Virus record (IMG/VR): IMGVR_UViG_3300046839_000055
Location: 32,001 to 96,000 of that record
Direction: 5' to 3' (one strand)
From: a virus
Taxonomy: Duplodnaviria; Caudoviricetes
DNA: 64,000 bases
Part shown: positions 20,754 through 30,596 of the stretch, in pieces
Layout: each line of letters starts with the position of its first letter
Position numbering within the stretch: the stretch's first letter is position 1
Position numbers and translations under genes: made by a program
Notes under the pieces: model-generated
Seen by the model: the letters and a program-made list of their open reading frames with translations, nothing else
What the model was told of the DNA's origin: nothing
Databases searched by the model: none

Positions 20754-22544
20754 ATGGCAAAGATCACAAAGATTGAGCCGACGATACCGAGCTTACCTAC
20801 TCGTAAGAAAGTCGCCGCTTATGCCAGAGTTTCTATGGAGACCGAAAGGCTCCATCATTCCCTGTCCGCACAGATCAGCAGCTACAGTAAACGGATTCAG
20901 GATAATCCTGAATGGGAGTATGTTGGCGTTTACGCGGACGAAGGGATCTCCGGAACAGGCACAGAAAAAAGGCCTGAGTTTCGGCGCATGCTTGCCGACT
21001 GCGAGGATGGAAAAATCGATATCATCCTCACAAAGAGCATCAGCCGGTTTGCCCGGAACACCGTAGATCTTCTGAATACGGTCCGACACTTAAAGGAGCT
21101 CGGCATTGAAGTCCGCTTCGAAAAGGAAAACATCAATTCACTCTCCGGCGACGGCGAGGTGATGCTCACGCTCCTCGCATCTTTTGCGCAGGAAGAAAGC
21201 GTCAGCATCAGCAACAATGTAAAATGGGGGATCCGCAAACGGATGCAGTCCGGCCTTCCTTATGCCAATGGTCACATGAACGTCTACGGCTATCGCTGGG
21301 AAGGCGACGAAATGGTCATCGTACCAGAAGAAGCCGCCGTCGTAAAGAGAATCTTCCAGAACTTTCTGGATGGGAAGTCGCGGCTGGAAACAGAACGGGA
21401 ATTTGCCGCTGAAGGCATTACTACCCGCCAAGGTTGTCGCTGGGAGGATTCCAACATTCGAAAAGTGCTGGAAAACGTCACCTACACCGGAAACATGCTT
21501 TTTCAGAAGGAATTCGTCTCGGATCCCATCAACAAACATCGCAGGAAGAACCGCGGCGAGCTTCCACAATATTTCGTAGAGAATACCCACGAAGCGATCA
21601 TCGATTATGACACATGGAAATACGTGCAGGATGAAATGGAACGACGCAGAGAACTCGGGCCTCTGGCGAATAAGAGCCTGAACACCTGCTGCTTCACCGG
21701 CAAGATTAAATGCCCATACTGCGGATACAGCTATATGCATGAGCACAGAACGAAGAACGGACATTATCAGGAATTCTGGGTCTGTGGCAGCTATAAGAAA
21801 AAGAAGAAAGGCAATGGATGCCCTGTCGGCGGCACAATCAATCACAAGAATCTGAAGAAAGTCTGCGCGGAAGTGCTGGGTCTTCCCGAATTTGATGAAA
21901 ACATCTTTCTCGAAAAGGTTGATCACATCGATGTTCCCAAGCGGTACGTCCTTACGTTTTATCTGAAAGACGGAACAACAATAACAAAACCGTGTCCGAA
22001 TACCAGCCATCAGGATTGCTGGACCGCAGAGTATCGGGCAGAAACTTCACGGAAGCGCCGGAACAGCCCCAGAGCCAAAGGTGTGACCGCCCTCTCCGGG
22101 CGAATCAAATGCTCTGCCTGCGGCTGCAACTTTCGCCGCTGCACGCAGCCTGCTTCCAATCCGGCCAAACCGAAGATGCACTACTGGCGTTGTGCCGAAC
22201 ACAGCAATGGATGCATTACCGTCGGATTGCGCGAGGATGTTTTGAAACCGCTCATCGCTGAAATGATGGAGATCCCGGAATACGACGAAGAGCAGTTCAA
22301 AAATCAGATGGAAGCCATCTATGTAATGGACAAGGATCTTCTTGAATTTCATTTCAAGGATGGACGCATCAAGACTACACACTACGTTCCTCCGGAGAAA
22401 ACCTTCACTCCACGCAGTGAGGAAGCCAGAGAACACATGCGGCAGCTTATGAAAGATAGATGGACGCCAGATCTTAAAGCTGAGATGGGCGAGAAGATGA
22501 AAAAGATAAGGAGCGAGAAATATTGGAGCAGCAAAAGAAAGTAA
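20754..22544 (+). CDS. Large serine recombinase 1
   Basis: AYARVS, YADEGISGT, TKSISRFARN; recombinase domain; two zinc ribbons. Confidence 0.95.
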   Translation: MAKITKIEPTIPSLPTRKKVAAYARVSMETERLHHSLSAQISSYSKRIQDNPEWEYVGVYADEGISGTGTEKRPEFRRMLADCEDGKIDIILTKSISRFARNTVDLLNTVRHLKELGIEVRFEKENINSLSGDGEVMLTLLASFAQEESVSISNNVKWGIRKRMQSGLPYANGHMNVYGYRWEGDEMVIVPEEAAVVKRIFQNFLDGKSRLETEREFAAEGITTRQGCRWEDSNIRKVLENVTYTGNMLFQKEFVSDPINKHRRKNRGELPQYFVENTHEAIIDYDTWKYVQDEMERRRELGPLANKSLNTCCFTGKIKCPYCGYSYMHEHRTKNGHYQEFWVCGSYKKKKKGNGCPVGGTINHKNLKKVCAEVLGLPEFDENIFLEKVDHIDVPKRYVLTFYLKDGTTITKPCPNTSHQDCWTAEYRAETSRKRRNSPRAKGVTALSGRIKCSACGCNFRRCTQPASNPAKPKMHYWRCAEHSNGCITVGLREDVLKPLIAEMMEIPEYDEEQFKNQMEAIYVMDKDLLEFHFKDGRIKTTHYVPPEKTFTPRSEEAREHMRQLMKDRWTPDLKAEMGEKMKKIRSEKYWSSKRK

Positions 22545-24106
22545 GAACCATTCCGGCCACGCTGACCCGGTTCACTTCTTCCCCGATCGAGGAGAAAAAG
22601 AAGCGCCGGGTCGCCGGATATGCCCGCGTCTCGACTGATCATGACGATCAGTTCACAAGCTACGAGGCGCAGATCGACTACTACACGAATTATATCAAGA
22701 TCCGTGATGACTGGGAATTCGTCAGGGTTTACACCGACGAAGGTATCACCGGCACCAGCACGAAGCACCGCGAAGGGTTCAAACAGATGGTTGCGGATGC
22801 GCTGGCCGGAAAGATCGACCTGATCGTTACGAAATCCGTCAGCCGTTTTGCACGAAACACGGTTGATTCCCTCACCACCATCCGGAAGCTGAAGGATAAA
22901 GGAGTCGAGTGCTATTTTGAGAAGGAAAATATCTGGACCTTCGACGGCAAGGGCGAGCTGCTTATCACGATCATGTCCTCGCTGGCACAGGAGGAATCCC
23001 GCAGCATTTCCGAGAACTGTACATGGGGACAGAGAAAGCGATTCGCTGATGGCAAGGTCACGGTTCCCTTTAAGCGCTTCCTCGGGTACGACCGCGGTCC
23101 GAATGGCGAGCTGATCGTAAATAAGGAACAGGCAGAAACGGTAAAACACATCTACGACATGTTCCTGCAGGGACGGACGTATCACGGAATTGCCAAGACA
23201 CTCACCGAGGAAGGTATCAAATCACCGGGCGGCAAGGATCAGTGGAGCCAGAGCTCCGTCAAGAGCATTCTCAGCAACGAGAAATACAAAGGCGACGCCC
23301 TGCTCCAGAAATCCTACACCGTCGATTACCTGACGAAGAAAACCAAGGTGAATGAAGGCGAGATCCCTCAGTACTACGTCGAAGGAAATCACGAGGCGAT
23401 CATTCCTCCTGAAAAATTCGACATGGTACAGCGGGAAATGGCGAAACGCGGTAAGGGCAAAAAATACCACAGCGGTGTGCATCCATTCTCCAGCAAGATC
23501 AAGTGCGGCCAGTGCGGAAGCTGGTACGGCTCGAAGGTCTGGCATTCGACAGACAAGTACCGCCGGACGATCTGGCAATGCAACCACAAGTACGATGGCG
23601 GCGAGCGCTGCTCCACTCCTCACCTGACTGACGAGCAGATTCAGGATGCCTTCCTGTCGGCGGCAAACAAGCTGCTGGCCACAAAAGACGCAGTCATCGC
23701 CAACGGCAAGGCAATGCTGACGCTCCTCTTTGATACCTCAGAACAGGAAGCCGAACGTGACAAGCTGCTGGAAGAAGCGCAGGTTGTTTCCGATGCTGTT
23801 CAGAAGAACATCTACGAGAACGCCCATGTTGCCCTCGACCAGAAGGCTTACCAGAAAAAGTACGACGGCCTGACCGGACGGTACGAAACGCTCAAGACCC
23901 GCATCGAGGAGCTAAACGACCAGATCAGCCAGCTGCAATCACAGAAAGGCAGCGTCGAGGATTTCCTTGCCGCCTTTGAGAAACTGCCGGAAACCCTGAC
24001 CGCGTTCTCCCTTGACGCATTTAACGCCCTGACGGATTACCTCACGGTCAATGGCGAGGGCGACATCAGCGTAACCTTCCGCAACGGCCAGACCATCAAG
24101 GCATAA
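22523..24106 (+). CDS. Large serine recombinase 2
   Basis: GYARVST, YTDEGITGT, TKSVSRFARN; CGQCG ribbon; coiled coil; TTG start. Confidence 0.95.
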   Translation: MEQQKKVRTIPATLTRFTSSPIEEKKKRRVAGYARVSTDHDDQFTSYEAQIDYYTNYIKIRDDWEFVRVYTDEGITGTSTKHREGFKQMVADALAGKIDLIVTKSVSRFARNTVDSLTTIRKLKDKGVECYFEKENIWTFDGKGELLITIMSSLAQEESRSISENCTWGQRKRFADGKVTVPFKRFLGYDRGPNGELIVNKEQAETVKHIYDMFLQGRTYHGIAKTLTEEGIKSPGGKDQWSQSSVKSILSNEKYKGDALLQKSYTVDYLTKKTKVNEGEIPQYYVEGNHEAIIPPEKFDMVQREMAKRGKGKKYHSGVHPFSSKIKCGQCGSWYGSKVWHSTDKYRRTIWQCNHKYDGGERCSTPHLTDEQIQDAFLSAANKLLATKDAVIANGKAMLTLLFDTSEQEAERDKLLEEAQVVSDAVQKNIYENAHVALDQKAYQKKYDGLTGRYETLKTRIEELNDQISQLQSQKGSVEDFLAAFEKLPETLTAFSLDAFNALTDYLTVNGEGDISVTFRNGQTIKA

Positions 24107-24111
24107 GGAAA

Positions 24112-24155
24112 GCTCCTCACCACTGGATTTCTCCGGTGACTGGGGAGCCTTTTTT
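24112..24155 (+). terminator. Terminator after the recombinases
   Basis: GCTCCTCA...TGGGGAGC stem followed by a T run. Confidence 0.7.
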
Positions 24156-24164
24156 CGTTTTCAA

Positions 24165-24938
24165 CTAATCCCAATTAATAAGATCAACCAACTTAAGTGG
24201 CTTTTTGCATTTAGGGCAAATCATGCCATTTTTCTTTTCATAGCTTGATTCCGGGACAACAGTCATTTTGCCGCCACATTTTTCACATCTGTGGTCATAC
24301 TCCGCATACAGATCATAATATTCCTGCATGTCGTAACTGGTTACATATGAAGCGTCCTCAAACGGAAAAGCTACTGACCACCTTCTTCCTTTTTCTTTTG
24401 GCGGTCGTTGCTTATCCTCTTTCGGTACATACGCATTCAAAATCGGTCTGGAATCATACTCACCGCAATCGCAGCATTGCAAAATAACGACCTCTGGATC
24501 AATCGCGGCATCTGGATGAGCGCTTAATAACTCCTTGAGTTCATTACCAAACTCTCCGTTTTTTGCTGCTTCGATGGTTTCCTCATAAACTTTAGGATCA
24601 AAAAACAGAGCGGTAATCAACTTCTGTTTTTCCGGGCTGAGACGCTTGAGGCAGGTTAGCATTTTTTCGATCATCACGGCCTTAATCGCGGCATCGTCCA
24701 CATCTTCGTCATCGGAGGGAAACTGCTTGTTTCCCTCCAGAAGCCGTTCGTATGAGTCTTCTCGGCTGGGGAGATATGTAACAGTTCCGCTGGTGGAATC
24801 GATTCGGCATCGCTCGGCTTTGATGTCATACTGCAGGTATTCCATCTGACGGTCGCTCTTTTCTAAAACCTCAATGATTTCTTTGCTCACACCGGGATAT
24901 TTTGCTTGATAATCCGTTATTTTCTGATATTTTGCCAT
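24165..24938 (-). CDS. Chimeric ORF: 5' part of a sigma-70 region-4-like gene fused to the 3' part of a Zn-ribbon gene
   Basis: ...SYERLLE..KQF...KRLSPEKQKLITALFFD switches to PKVYEET...CCDC...CEKC...CPKC at AT 24597-24598. Confidence 0.8.
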   Translation of the reverse strand: MAKYQKITDYQAKYPGVSKEIIEVLEKSDRQMEYLQYDIKAERCRIDSTSGTVTYLPSREDSYERLLEGNKQFPSDDEDVDDAAIKAVMIEKMLTCLKRLSPEKQKLITALFFDPKVYEETIEAAKNGEFGNELKELLSAHPDAAIDPEVVILQCCDCGEYDSRPILNAYVPKEDKQRPPKEKGRRWSVAFPFEDASYVTSYDMQEYYDLYAEYDHRCEKCGGKMTVVPESSYEKKNGMICPKCKKPLKLVDLINWD

Positions 24939-25490
24939 AGTGTCTGTCATCCATCTCGTGATTGTTGAAATCTGAAAATGAAAAATAAGCGACGGAACTC
25001 GGCAGCATGATATAACTGCAAGCAAAAAAACAGGAACGTACTTGTGAGCACGGTTGCCCACAGGTATGCTCCTGTAAATTATTTCATATTTTATCTGCTC
25101 TGATGGTTCGTGCTGCTGCCCGCGCTGTTTCCTTGAAAAGCACAGGTTTTTTTGACGAGCTATCGGTTAGAAAAGCGGTGTGTAGCGGATTGTGATCCGT
25201 TGCATCACGCTCGACCGCTACTTAATAGCGGTCGCCTGAAATTCATGGTAAATTGAGCAGACATAGAAACCCTCCAGACTGGTGAGCTTGAAGGGTTACG
25301 GTATTGCTTATTCAGGCATGAAGATAGACCCGCCAAACTCACGCTTTTTTGTAGCGCTTTTTTTAATTTGATCGAAACAAACGAATTGCGCCGCGTGAAA
25401 AAACACCATCTAATAGCTGTATATCTCCCTTGGCAATGATCAGCCCAAGTCCAGTTCCTTTTTCAGTATTGAAGGTCGGCATGATTCATC

Positions 25491-26876
25491 TCAATTGTCG
25501 TGCGGGCCTTCATCCAACTTTTTTATCGCTTTTCTGAATTCTTTCGCAAACACAATACCAGTACAGATCACCGCAGCAGTATCTGAAATCGGTTCGGCAA
25601 GATACACGGCTACTGTCTTATCAGGTAGCAGCATGGGGAGAAGATAGATGAGTGGGACCAACATGATAAATTTTCGGAATACTGCTACGAAAATTGAAGC
25701 CTTGGCATTCCCGAGGGAGATAAAGGTCATCTGGCAGGCTATCTGAACGCCCATAATAAACATGGCACCGGCGTAGATACGTAATGCACTTTTAGTATAC
25801 GCCACCATTGCGGTATCATTTGTAAATAATGAGGCAAAAACCTGCGGAAATATCTGCACGGCAACCCACAGCAATACGGAATAGGTACAGCAACAGATCA
25901 AAAGCAGTCGAAAGGTCTGCTTGACACGAGCTGAATTGTGAGCACCAAAGTTGTAGCTGAAGATCGGCTGAGCACCTTGCGCAAAACCCTGCATCGGCAG
26001 CATGGCAAACTGCATCACAGTGCTCAGAATCGTCATGGCACCCACGGCAATATCTCCGCCATATTTCAGCAAGGAGGAATTGAAGCAGATAGAAATGATG
26101 CTTTCGCTTGCCTGCATTATAAACGGAGCTGCACCCAGTGCTACGCAGGACAGAAGGACATTGTCAAATCTGATATTTTTCATCCGGAGCTTGATGCTGC
26201 TTTTTGGGGAAGTGAGAAAATGAATTACCCACACGCAACTGATTCCTTGAGATATGATTGTCGCCAGAGCTGCTCCGCGCACCCCCATGTTCATGCCGAA
26301 GATCATGATTGGGTCAAGGATAATATTACAGATTGCCCCGATCAAAACCGTGTACATGCTTACTTTTGCATAACCCTGCGCCGTGATAAATGCATTCATG
26401 CCCAAGGTTAATTGTACAAAGACGGTACCAATCGCATAGATGTTCATGTACTGGGATGCATAGCCGATGGTGTTTTCACTGGCCCCAAACATTAAAAGCA
26501 AGGGTCGGTTCCAAATTAGCAGGGCTGCGGTAAGCACAGCGGAGATTACAAGCTGCAAGGCAACGCAGCTGCCCATAATGTGCTCGGCTCCCTCGTCGTT
26601 TTTTTTGCCCATCTCAATGGAAGCATTGGGCGCTCCTCCCATCGCAACCAGCATGGCGAAAGCCGACACGATGATAATGAGCGGTGTGCACACGCCCAGA
26701 CCGGTAAGCGCCAACCCGCCAACCTCTGGCATATGGCCGATGTAGATACGATCCACAATGTTGTATAGAACATTGATCAGTTGGGCAAGAATTGCTGGTA
26801 CAGAAAGGCGAAACATAAGCGGCCTGATTGGTTCTGTACCGAGGAAACTCTTATCTTCATTATGTGCCTTTTCCAT
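25491..26876 (-). CDS. MATE family efflux transporter (MepA-like)
   Basis: LYNIVDRIYIG, NIILDPIMIF..NMGVRGAALATIISQ; about 12 hydrophobic segments. Confidence 0.93.
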   Translation of the reverse strand: MEKAHNEDKSFLGTEPIRPLMFRLSVPAILAQLINVLYNIVDRIYIGHMPEVGGLALTGLGVCTPLIIIVSAFAMLVAMGGAPNASIEMGKKNDEGAEHIMGSCVALQLVISAVLTAALLIWNRPLLLMFGASENTIGYASQYMNIYAIGTVFVQLTLGMNAFITAQGYAKVSMYTVLIGAICNIILDPIMIFGMNMGVRGAALATIISQGISCVWVIHFLTSPKSSIKLRMKNIRFDNVLLSCVALGAAPFIMQASESIISICFNSSLLKYGGDIAVGAMTILSTVMQFAMLPMQGFAQGAQPIFSYNFGAHNSARVKQTFRLLLICCCTYSVLLWVAVQIFPQVFASLFTNDTAMVAYTKSALRIYAGAMFIMGVQIACQMTFISLGNAKASIFVAVFRKFIMLVPLIYLLPMLLPDKTVAVYLAEPISDTAAVICTGIVFAKEFRKAIKKLDEGPHDN

Positions 26877-26905
26877 AATTGTCCTCCGTTTCTTTTGTCT
26901 TTCCA

Positions 26906-27358
26906 TCAGTCCGTTGATTCTTTCGGTTTCACGTTGTAGAAGCGGCGGACATTGTCAATGATTCGATCAAAAGAGTCGAAGAACTGCCTTTTCTCATCTT
27001 CCGAAAACCCGTCACCGATCTTTTTCATGAATTCTTCCTGTTGTTCTTGCCCATAACGGACTATCTCATCGGCCTTTGGAGTAATAAACAAACAAATCCG
27101 CTTTCTATTCGCCGAGTCTACTTTTTTGCAAATGTACCCTTTTTTATAAAGCTCGTCTGTCGCCAGTGAGACGTGAGATTTGGATATTTTTCGTACAGAT
27201 ACAATATCGGCAGCCGTATTAAGGCCGCCGTTGTTCGCAAGGAATAACATAACATCTACTTCTATTGCCGAGAGAGAATATTTGTTCATAACTTTTCTGC
27301 GGTGAAAATTATAGGCGCTTTCAACTTCTTTGAGCATGTTCAAAAAATTGTTTTTCAT
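26906..27358 (-). CDS. MarR family regulator
   Basis: SKSHVSLATDELYKKGYI....D.ANRKR winged helix; coupled to MATE. Confidence 0.9.
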   Translation of the reverse strand: MKNNFLNMLKEVESAYNFHRRKVMNKYSLSAIEVDVMLFLANNGGLNTAADIVSVRKISKSHVSLATDELYKKGYICKKVDSANRKRICLFITPKADEIVRYGQEQQEEFMKKIGDGFSEDEKRQFFDSFDRIIDNVRRFYNVKPKESTD

Positions 27359-27383
27359 ATGTAATTACCTCACGCACCTTAGT

Positions 27384-27433
27384 GTTCGATTTTGAACACG
27401 TAAAATTATAGTTCAAAATCGAACGGTTGTCAA
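27384..27433 (-). promoter_or_regulatory. Consensus sigma-A promoter with double palindromic operator for marR-MATE
   Basis: TTGACA (27433-27428), 17 nt, TATAAT (27410-27405); inverted GTTCGATTTTGAAC at 27384-27397 and GTTCAAAATCGAAC at 27411-27424. Confidence 0.88.
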
Positions 27434-27715
27434 GACGAAAATCTGATAGGGCATGTTTTAAAATGCTAATTCGATAGGGTTATCTTAGATGGTGAGCATA
27501 AAAAAATAATTACTTTTTCCTTATTGAAAAAATCATTTCCCAATCAAACCAGCAAACGTTTTGACCCCACGTCATGTTCAGGTGTTCCTCGGAGTTGTGC
27601 CGCACTCGCCATGTTCTACATTACCATACGAACAATACTAATTGTCCCTATTTTACTATCATCTCCAAAGGATAGCTCCCCCTCGCCTTTATGCAGCGAG
27701 GGGGAGCCGAGAGCT

Positions 27716-27901
27716 TCATTCATTCATGAGTCTTTTTAATTTCGCCAAGATTTTTATCTTTCGGTCGTGAATGGTCCGCTGTGGAACACCAGTTTCTCTG
27801 GACACCTGATGCTCGCTTTTATTATATAAAAAACCAACACCAACATTTGCGCCAAAACTGTATTTACAATCTGGGCACTCCCAGCCATATCCCATTCCCA
27901 T
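27716..27901 (-). CDS. Chimeric ORF: 5' part of the Zn-ribbon gene fused to the 3' HTH of the sigma-like gene
   Basis: MGMGYGWECPDC...GVGFLY then NKSEHQVSRETGVPQRTIHDRKIKILAKLK. Confidence 0.8.
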   Translation of the reverse strand: MGMGYGWECPDCKYSFGANVGVGFLYNKSEHQVSRETGVPQRTIHDRKIKILAKLKRLMNE

Positions 27902-27913
27902 AAAATCAACTCG

Positions 27914-29278
27914 CTATTCAAAGACAACTATGTAATCCGCAGTCATATCATCAAATGTTGTATCGACCGAAGCAATTACCTCATTTAGTTCTTCATACAA
28001 AATGCCGCGCACATATGCATCTCTGGCATTTGGCTTGTCAAGCAGCACCCATTTCAACTGTTGATATGAATATTTTGCGAAGGCAATCCACTGCGGATAG
28101 TTAATTGCCATCGGATTCTGCGTAAAATAAACCTTCCCGGCATTAACAGCTGTTGCAGCCGAGTGGCCTATAAACAGCATTGTTGCGAGCTTGGGATGCT
28201 TTTCGCGGTTCAGGGAAAATGGAATTGACTCTTTTACAGAATGTCCTTCCTTAATGCGCTTGAAGGCATATCCAATCCGGGTTACTACTTCTACAATCAT
28301 TACCGGAATCGAAAGCGTGCAGAAATGTATAAAGTCATACCCCTCGTAATACATGCCCTGCACGATTTCCGCTATGGTCTGTTCGTACTCACCGATTTTC
28401 CCAAATTGCAGAAGATTAAACAGTGCCATCATAGGAGCCGGTAGTCCCATTGATGTCGTGATATCCGATTTGAAATGTATGATCTGCTTGGCTATAGCTG
28501 CAAAAACATCTGTCTCCTTGCGGTCAGCATAATTCTCCATAACCTGAACTACAATCTTTCCGGTTTTATCAATGGTGGTCATTCTCCCAGTAAGAATATC
28601 TGCCACACCAAAAATCAATCCAAGCAATGGATCGTGACCAAGAGAAAGCAGGCGATGGTAATATGCAGAAAGCCCGTCAACATACTGCGTAGTGTTCCGG
28701 TTATCCTGAGCGTCGTATGGAACCTTGCTGACCTTCGAGTTTGCCAACTTCTCCATTTCCTCTTCAGGAAATTTCTTATCGAACCAGTCTCTTACATAGT
28801 TGGCCAGTGTCCCACCTTTTAACCCATCTGGAGTTTTCTGCGGAATGCCTACCAACAAAACATCAACAGCCGCTCCAAGCAGACCAGCTGCAACACTGAT
28901 TGCAATGTCATATTTGTCCAGATGGTGCAACTGATTATACTCAGCATTTAGCATCCGGATTTCTTGGCTGTTGCGCTTCAGCTCTGCTTCTGTAAAAATT
29001 GATTCAAGCGGATGCCCCGTGCCTACAGAGTTTTCCGCTTCAAGGCATAGTTGCTCCCAAGAAGGTACCACCATTACCTTTTTTACTACATCGTGCTTTG
29101 GTACCGTCGGCATTTCTGTATACCCCAACATACGGAGCAAGTCTTCACTTTCCTGAATCCTTTTATCAAGCTCGGTCGTTGAAGGCATAGTAGCCTTAAT
29201 CTTCTTAAGCTCCTCATCTTGGTATTTTAGAACATCATTTATCTGTTGTTCAGTTTCAGAATACTTGTATTTACTCAT
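27914..29278 (-). CDS. Uncharacterised membrane-associated protein
   Basis: 454 aa; hydrophobic hairpins; HRLLSLGHDPLLGLIFG segment. Confidence 0.75.
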   Translation of the reverse strand: MSKYKYSETEQQINDVLKYQDEELKKIKATMPSTTELDKRIQESEDLLRMLGYTEMPTVPKHDVVKKVMVVPSWEQLCLEAENSVGTGHPLESIFTEAELKRNSQEIRMLNAEYNQLHHLDKYDIAISVAAGLLGAAVDVLLVGIPQKTPDGLKGGTLANYVRDWFDKKFPEEEMEKLANSKVSKVPYDAQDNRNTTQYVDGLSAYYHRLLSLGHDPLLGLIFGVADILTGRMTTIDKTGKIVVQVMENYADRKETDVFAAIAKQIIHFKSDITTSMGLPAPMMALFNLLQFGKIGEYEQTIAEIVQGMYYEGYDFIHFCTLSIPVMIVEVVTRIGYAFKRIKEGHSVKESIPFSLNREKHPKLATMLFIGHSAATAVNAGKVYFTQNPMAINYPQWIAFAKYSYQQLKWVLLDKPNARDAYVRGILYEELNEVIASVDTTFDDMTADYIVVFE

Positions 29279-29669
29279 CGTCAGCCTTCTTTTTTTCAAG
29301 CTCTGCGATCTGATTCTTCAGTTCCTGAATCTCTGATTGCAAGCCGCTCATCTCTTTCTTTAATCTGGAATCATAAGCAAGAAGCCGATCTTGTCTTTCT
29401 TTGTCCATCTCAGCCTTGGCATCCAGTTCCTTTATAACAGCATTGTGTTTTGCAAGAGCCTTTTTATAAAGCTCCTCCTTTTCCTCAGCCTGCTTTTGGT
29501 ATTTTCTGATTAAAAAGAATGCACTTATTGTCGCAGGCAATCCAGTCAAAACGCCTATCTGAAAGTTCCGATCTTTCACGACATCAACGACTGCTTTCCC
29601 CGCCTTTACCAAACCGTCACCAGCCTTATCAAGCATGGGTGCCAGCTTATTTAAATTGAATTTGCTCAC
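29271..29669 (-). CDS. Uncharacterised TM + coiled-coil protein
   Basis: Single hydrophobic segment, then EKEELYKKALAKHNAVIKEL. Confidence 0.75.
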   Translation of the reverse strand: MSKFNLNKLAPMLDKAGDGLVKAGKAVVDVVKDRNFQIGVLTGLPATISAFFLIRKYQKQAEEKEELYKKALAKHNAVIKELDAKAEMDKERQDRLLAYDSRLKKEMSGLQSEIQELKNQIAELEKKKADDE

Positions 29670-29683
29670 CGCTTCTCCTCACT

Positions 29684-30262
29684 TTATGCAACTCCTAAAT
29701 CATGTTGCAAATCCTTGATAGCCTGCTGTAACAGAATATTGAGACTCTGCAGATAATCCATTCGTTCCTTGTCTGCATCAGCTTCTGATTTCATAGCCTT
29801 AATAATAGCCTCGTGTTTTTTCAGCGCCTCTTTGTATAAACGCTCTTTTTCCTGTCTAAGCTGTTTATTCTTCAGATGAGAGGCAACACCAACGCCTGCA
29901 GCAGCGAGACCGGCTACCGGAGCAGCGAGCACAAATACGCCAGCAACCATACCACCTCCGACAAGGGCTCCTGCCGTAGCCAAACCGGACGTAATACCTG
30001 CTGCTGAGAGTCCAACAACTCCGAGCCCATAAAGCGCTGCAAAGGAACCCACTCCACCAATACCAGCACCCAGCGCACCGGCCAGCACTTCTGGAATAGC
30101 ACTTTCTCTTATAGTGCGATTCTTATCATTTAGTGCCTCCGCAGCCTCATTCACAACATTAACGACAGACTGCATAGATTCAACACTCTGAAAGTTCATG
30201 TCCTTTTTCTTTTTGACATAGGTATCCTTTTTCTTGGATATATCCTTTTTGCTTTCACTCAT
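29684..30262 (-). CDS. Uncharacterised glycine-zipper + coiled-coil protein
   Basis: Long G/A-rich hydrophobic tract, then EKERLYKEALKKHEAIIKAM. Confidence 0.75.
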   Translation of the reverse strand: MSESKKDISKKKDTYVKKKKDMNFQSVESMQSVVNVVNEAAEALNDKNRTIRESAIPEVLAGALGAGIGGVGSFAALYGLGVVGLSAAGITSGLATAGALVGGGMVAGVFVLAAPVAGLAAAGVGVASHLKNKQLRQEKERLYKEALKKHEAIIKAMKSEADADKERMDYLQSLNILLQQAIKDLQHDLGVA

Positions 30263-30267
30263 GGTGT

Positions 30268-30456
30268 TCACCTTCCATTTTCCTTCTGAAGTATCCTCGG
30301 CAAAGTCTCCAGAAAATGTTTTCCTATTTTCTCGGCATCATAATCGTAAGCCTCACAGATAAACCGAAGCCCATCCGGCGTGAGAATCCGACCGTTATTT
30401 CTATCTTTACACAGCTGCTCATAATCTGCCAGCTGCTTCTTTGTTATTGTCGGCAT
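30268..30456 (-). CDS. Small hypothetical protein
   Basis: GAGGT RBS; 62 aa; first gene of the operon. Confidence 0.6.
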   Translation of the reverse strand: MPTITKKQLADYEQLCKDRNNGRILTPDGLRFICEAYDYDAEKIGKHFLETLPRILQKENGR

Positions 30457-30523
30457 ACCTGTACCTCTTCTTTATACAAAACGCGCCGGTCTCATCTTCG
30501 ACCGACACATATACATTCAAAAA

Positions 30524-30570
30524 CGAAACCCCTGGCCTAAAGCGAAACCCCTAAGTCAAAACCGAAACCC
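30524..30570. repeat. Three direct repeats of CGAAACCC
   Basis: Starts at 30524, 30543 and 30563 (19-20 bp period). Confidence 0.8.
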
Positions 30571-30596
30571 TTACGGTCAGGCAACCTTAAATTGTA

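Larger units (their letters stand above)
24599..27825 (-). mobile_element. Recombinase-less integrated segment (sigma 3' - marR - MATE - sigma 5')
   Basis: Reciprocal gene fusions at both ends share only an AT dinucleotide (24597-24598 and 27824-27825). Confidence 0.8.

Noticed and set aside
24939-25490. Riboswitch/ncRNA in the long leader of the sigma-like gene, and the 25061 start in the ORF track
   Set aside because: Hairpins exist (e.g. GACCGCTA..TAGCGGTC) but match no family I recognise; the upstream GTG extension has no support.
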